DNA of 60,339 nt from Clostridia bacterium (GTDB lineage Bacteria; Bacillota; Clostridia; UMGS1883): contig JAZRLV010000037.1 in assembly GCA_045646985.1 (NCBI GenBank), positions 1 to 60,339 on the forward strand, read 5' to 3'. The position numbers were made by a program, and so were the translations under genes. Shown here in pieces: positions 57,845 through 60,339 of the stretch; position 1 is the first letter of the stretch, and each line of letters starts with the position of its first letter. The notes beneath the pieces are model-generated. The model was not told the DNA's origin. It did not search any database and saw nothing but the letters and a program-made list of their open reading frames with translations.

Positions 57845-58474
57845 ATGACAAAAAAAGAACGGGCAAAAGCTTTTTTTGAGATTTTGCAGACTCTTTATCC
57901 CGAAGCACAATGCTCTTTAATATATGCTACACCGCTTCAGCTTCTTATTGCGACGCAGCTTTCAGCGCAGTGCACTGATGCACGGGTAAATATTGTTACA
58001 GAAAATCTGTTTAAAAAATACCCCGACGTATATGCATTTGCAAATGCATCGCTAAATGAGCTTGAGGAGGATATACGTTCAACAGGTTTTTACCACAACA
58101 AAGCAAAAAATATTATCGGTTGTTGCAAAAGACTTATCAGTGAATTTGGCGGCAAAGTTCCCGACAATATGGAGGATATGCTCACCCTTGACGGTGTGGG
58201 AAGAAAGACAGCCAATCTTGTACTTGGGGATATTTTCGGCAAGGGCGGTATGGTTATAGACACACACGCAAAACGCATACTTTACAGAGTCGGTCTCACA
58301 AAAGAAACTCTGCCCGAAAAGGTGGAGCGTGATACCGAAAACCTTCTTCCCCGGGAGCTGCACAGCGATTTTTGTCACCGCTTGGTGCTTCACGGAAGGG
58401 CACTGTGTATGGCACGAAGTCCCAAATGCTCTGTTTGTCCGGCTTTAGATATATGCAAAAAATGCGGTGTATAA
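57845..58474 (+). CDS. nth: Endonuclease III
   Basis: HhH-GPD (LDGVGRKTANLVL) and the C-terminal 4Fe-4S cluster C..R.P.C..C....C. ATG 57845 follows GGAGGTGG. Confidence 0.93.
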   Translation: MTKKERAKAFFEILQTLYPEAQCSLIYATPLQLLIATQLSAQCTDARVNIVTENLFKKYPDVYAFANASLNELEEDIRSTGFYHNKAKNIIGCCKRLISEFGGKVPDNMEDMLTLDGVGRKTANLVLGDIFGKGGMVIDTHAKRILYRVGLTKETLPEKVERDTENLLPRELHSDFCHRLVLHGRALCMARSPKCSVCPALDICKKCGV

Positions 58475-58491
58475 ATTTTATCAAAAACCTA

Positions 58492-58520
58492 TTGAAAAGA
58501 AGATTCAAATGTTTTATAAT
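58492..58520 (+). promoter_or_regulatory. Sigma-A promoter upstream of the 286-aa membrane protein gene
   Basis: TTGAAA (58492..58497), 17 nt, TATAAT (58515..58520). Confidence 0.5.
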
Positions 58521-58584
58521 ATATACTGATATATAAGGCATATTGGGCTTGACTCCCTTATGCCTAATGTTTGGAGGGAGATTA

Positions 58585-59445
58585 ATGGAAAAAGATAATA
58601 AAAAGATTCATGAAGATTTTTTAGGTTCAAGAGCTGCCTCTTCTTCCGAAAACCCCTACGGTCAGGGAAATGATGAGTTTGAGGGGTTTTCAAGCAGAAA
58701 GGATATGGTTTTTGATTCTTTTCAGCGCTACTGGGATAATTGCAAGATAATGATGCTCAGTTCTCTTTCACATCTTAGGAGTCCTGCAACGCTGATTGTA
58801 ATCATGCTTCTTATAATAACATATATTCTTCTGGGTGTTGCGGGAAATATTCCCTTTTCTGTCTATCTTAACAAGACAGTGCAATATATTTCCACAAACC
58901 TTGACATAATTGTAAATGCACTCTTAGGCTTTTTCTACGGCCCTGTTACATGTGCTATCGGCGTTGGGCTGTGCACAATCGTACGTATGATTACAAACGG
59001 AACGGGATTTTTCATAGGTTATCTTATTGGTGCAGTAACAGCAGGATTTCTTCACGGATGGATTTTGTACAGACTTAAAGGAATGTGGTTTGGCTCGCGC
59101 TGGCGCAGCTTTCACACAGATTTACTGGCAAAGGTTTTTGCCACAAGATTTGTGGTATCCGTATTTGTAAATATTCTTCTTATGTCGGTAATTTATAAAA
59201 TATTTATAGATTATCCTATCTATGAATATATAATGCATTACTCAAAATCTGATGTAGAGCTTACTTCAATATATGAATTCTTAGGTGTTTTCATAGTAAG
59301 CCTGTTGGTGGAAACAGTTATAATTTTTGTAGCACTGTCAGTTATAAACTTTATTGTTATGAAAGCGTTCCCATCACAGTTTGAAGAGCCTTCGCTCATT
59401 ATAAAAGAGGACGGTACGCTCATCAATCTTGAGGACGAAGTATAA
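58585..59445 (+). CDS. Integral membrane protein, possibly an ECF-transporter S-component (FolT-like), with a soluble N-terminal extension of about 70 aa
   Basis: Five or six TM segments with a GFFYGP....IG......IVRMI..G motif pattern reminiscent of folate-family S components. Assignment is tentative. ATG 58585 follows GGAGGGAG. Confidence 0.35.
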   Translation: MEKDNKKIHEDFLGSRAASSSENPYGQGNDEFEGFSSRKDMVFDSFQRYWDNCKIMMLSSLSHLRSPATLIVIMLLIITYILLGVAGNIPFSVYLNKTVQYISTNLDIIVNALLGFFYGPVTCAIGVGLCTIVRMITNGTGFFIGYLIGAVTAGFLHGWILYRLKGMWFGSRWRSFHTDLLAKVFATRFVVSVFVNILLMSVIYKIFIDYPIYEYIMHYSKSDVELTSIYEFLGVFIVSLLVETVIIFVALSVINFIVMKAFPSQFEEPSLIIKEDGTLINLEDEV

Positions 59446-59466
59446 TTCTTTTTTTGGGGAGGGTTA

Positions 59467-60000
59467 ATGTTGGATTACTGTTTTGACGATAAAATAGATG
59501 TAAAGCTTATTGCGCTTTTTATTATTGACAACTTCAAAATGCCCGTTCCCAATTCATTTTTAGTGGACACTCTGGCACTGGAGCCTTTTGTAAATTATTT
59601 CGATTTGCAGCAGCAGATTGCAGAGCTTTCTGAGGAAGGACTTGTAACCTATTACACAGAGGATTGTGACAGATTCTTCTCACTTACAAAAAAAGGGAGA
59701 GAGGCTTTGGAGTTTTTCAGTGTGCGTATTCCCAAAACTGTCAGGGAGAGGCTTTTGCACGCTATAAAAATAAAGGTCAAAGAGCTTAAAAATGCACTTA
59801 GCATTAAGGCTGATTATAAAAAAATAAATGATATTGAATATAGTATATCTTTAGGAATATCTGAGGGTAGCTTTGATATGTTTAATGTTTCTTTGTCTGT
59901 TGCCGATGAGCTGATGGCAAAAAAAATGTGTGCAGCATTCAAGGAAAATCCTCAATCACTATACTCAGAATTTTTAGCAGTATTGACAAAAAACATCTAA
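59467..60000 (+). CDS. DUF4364 family (winged-helix-like) protein
   Basis: The N-terminal pattern IDVKLIALFII......P........LA......YF.LQQ...L.E.GL and a size of 177 aa resemble DUF4364 proteins, from memory. Confidence 0.55.
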   Translation: MLDYCFDDKIDVKLIALFIIDNFKMPVPNSFLVDTLALEPFVNYFDLQQQIAELSEEGLVTYYTEDCDRFFSLTKKGREALEFFSVRIPKTVRERLLHAIKIKVKELKNALSIKADYKKINDIEYSISLGISEGSFDMFNVSLSVADELMAKKMCAAFKENPQSLYSEFLAVLTKNI

Positions 60001-60005
60001 CAAGT

Positions 60006-60074
60006 AATAAAAAAGCGTTTTTAACGCATCAACCCCCTGTCCCCCAGTCTTGGGGGCAGGTCGGTACGCTTGTT
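60006..60074 (-). repeat. Intergenic repeat, copy 2 (inverted relative to 38646..38713)
   Basis: See copy 1. Both copies lie just downstream of a gene's stop codon and have the same orientation relative to that gene. Confidence 0.7.
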
Positions 60075-60077
60075 ATA

Positions 60078-60118
60078 AAAGAGGGTGTAAAAAAACTCAG
60101 TTTTTTTACACCCTCTTT
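60078..60118. terminator. 18-bp-stem bidirectional terminator
   Basis: AAAGAGGGTGTAAAAAAA-CTCAG-TTTTTTTACACCCTCTTT. Confidence 0.7.
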
Positions 60119-60339
60119 GTTTTGGGGATAGGAAAAAATGCTTTAGAACGGACAAACTGAACCAAAGCGAAGCTTTGGGTTACCCGAAGGCGTACGGAGT
60201 CAAAGGAAAGCAGACATCGCTTCAGTTTTGCAATTACTGCAAAACATTCGCTCAATGCTTTTCTTTTCCTTCTCCCCAAAAAGCATAGTCTGCTTTTCGG
60301 GGTCCCCGAAAGTCGCAAGACTTTAAGGGGAAAAGGAGC

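Noticed and set aside
58475-58584. A possible THF (folate) riboswitch upstream of the FolT-like membrane protein gene.
   Set aside because: After the consensus promoter only about 60 nt of 5' UTR remain, too short for the THF aptamer of about 90-100 nt. Only one simple 7-bp hairpin is present.
60185-60220. GGAGTCAAAGGAAAGCAGAC, considered as an SRP RNA domain IV-like motif (GGAAGCAGC).
   Set aside because: There is no GNRA tetraloop flanked by the complementary strands needed for helix 8, and the symmetric-loop residues do not line up. The resemblance is limited to a few nucleotides.
60106-60318. A 70-aa minus-strand ORF (MRLSGTPKSRLCFLGRRKRK...).
   Set aside because: It has no RBS and an Arg/Lys/Cys-rich composition, and it lies entirely within a hairpin-dense, probably non-coding segment. 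It is better explained as structured RNA or DNA.

Overview
This 60.3 kb window looks like chromosome from a low-GC, endospore-forming Firmicute, probably Clostridia. The basis is spoIVB, pdaA, SLH-anchored proteins, Gram-positive RBSs and many near-consensus sigma-A promoters. Most of it is housekeeping, largely on the minus strand: ftsY (partial), smc, a cell-wall amidase, ruvCAB, a U32/O-methyltransferase pair, tagA-like, a complete pyrC-K-D-F-E-B-I operon, azlCD, metF plus a split metH, dagK-like, an SNF transporter, spoIVB, pdaA, rarA, nth and one tRNA-Thr(CGU). The accessory content is of three kinds. First, a small glycan-utilisation cluster (rhamnulokinase plus two glycoside-hydrolase-like genes). 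Second, a surface module at 41.2-55.3 kb. It holds a 3491-aa SLH-anchored protein with InlB-B-type repeats and a roughly 940-aa central region I cannot assign. An SLH-bearing S8 protease lies downstream of it and an orphan AgrC/LytTR-type two-component system upstream. Third, several GC-richer, hairpin-dense intergenic modules, including a 69-nt repeat present twice in inverted orientation. I also found a LexA-box-controlled YneA-like LysM gene followed by an unannotated Cys-rich mini-ORF. I saw no CRISPR array, transposase, integrase or recognisable defence system. The best candidate for something undescribed is the giant protein with its protease and regulator. All function calls come from motif recognition by eye, without database searches.
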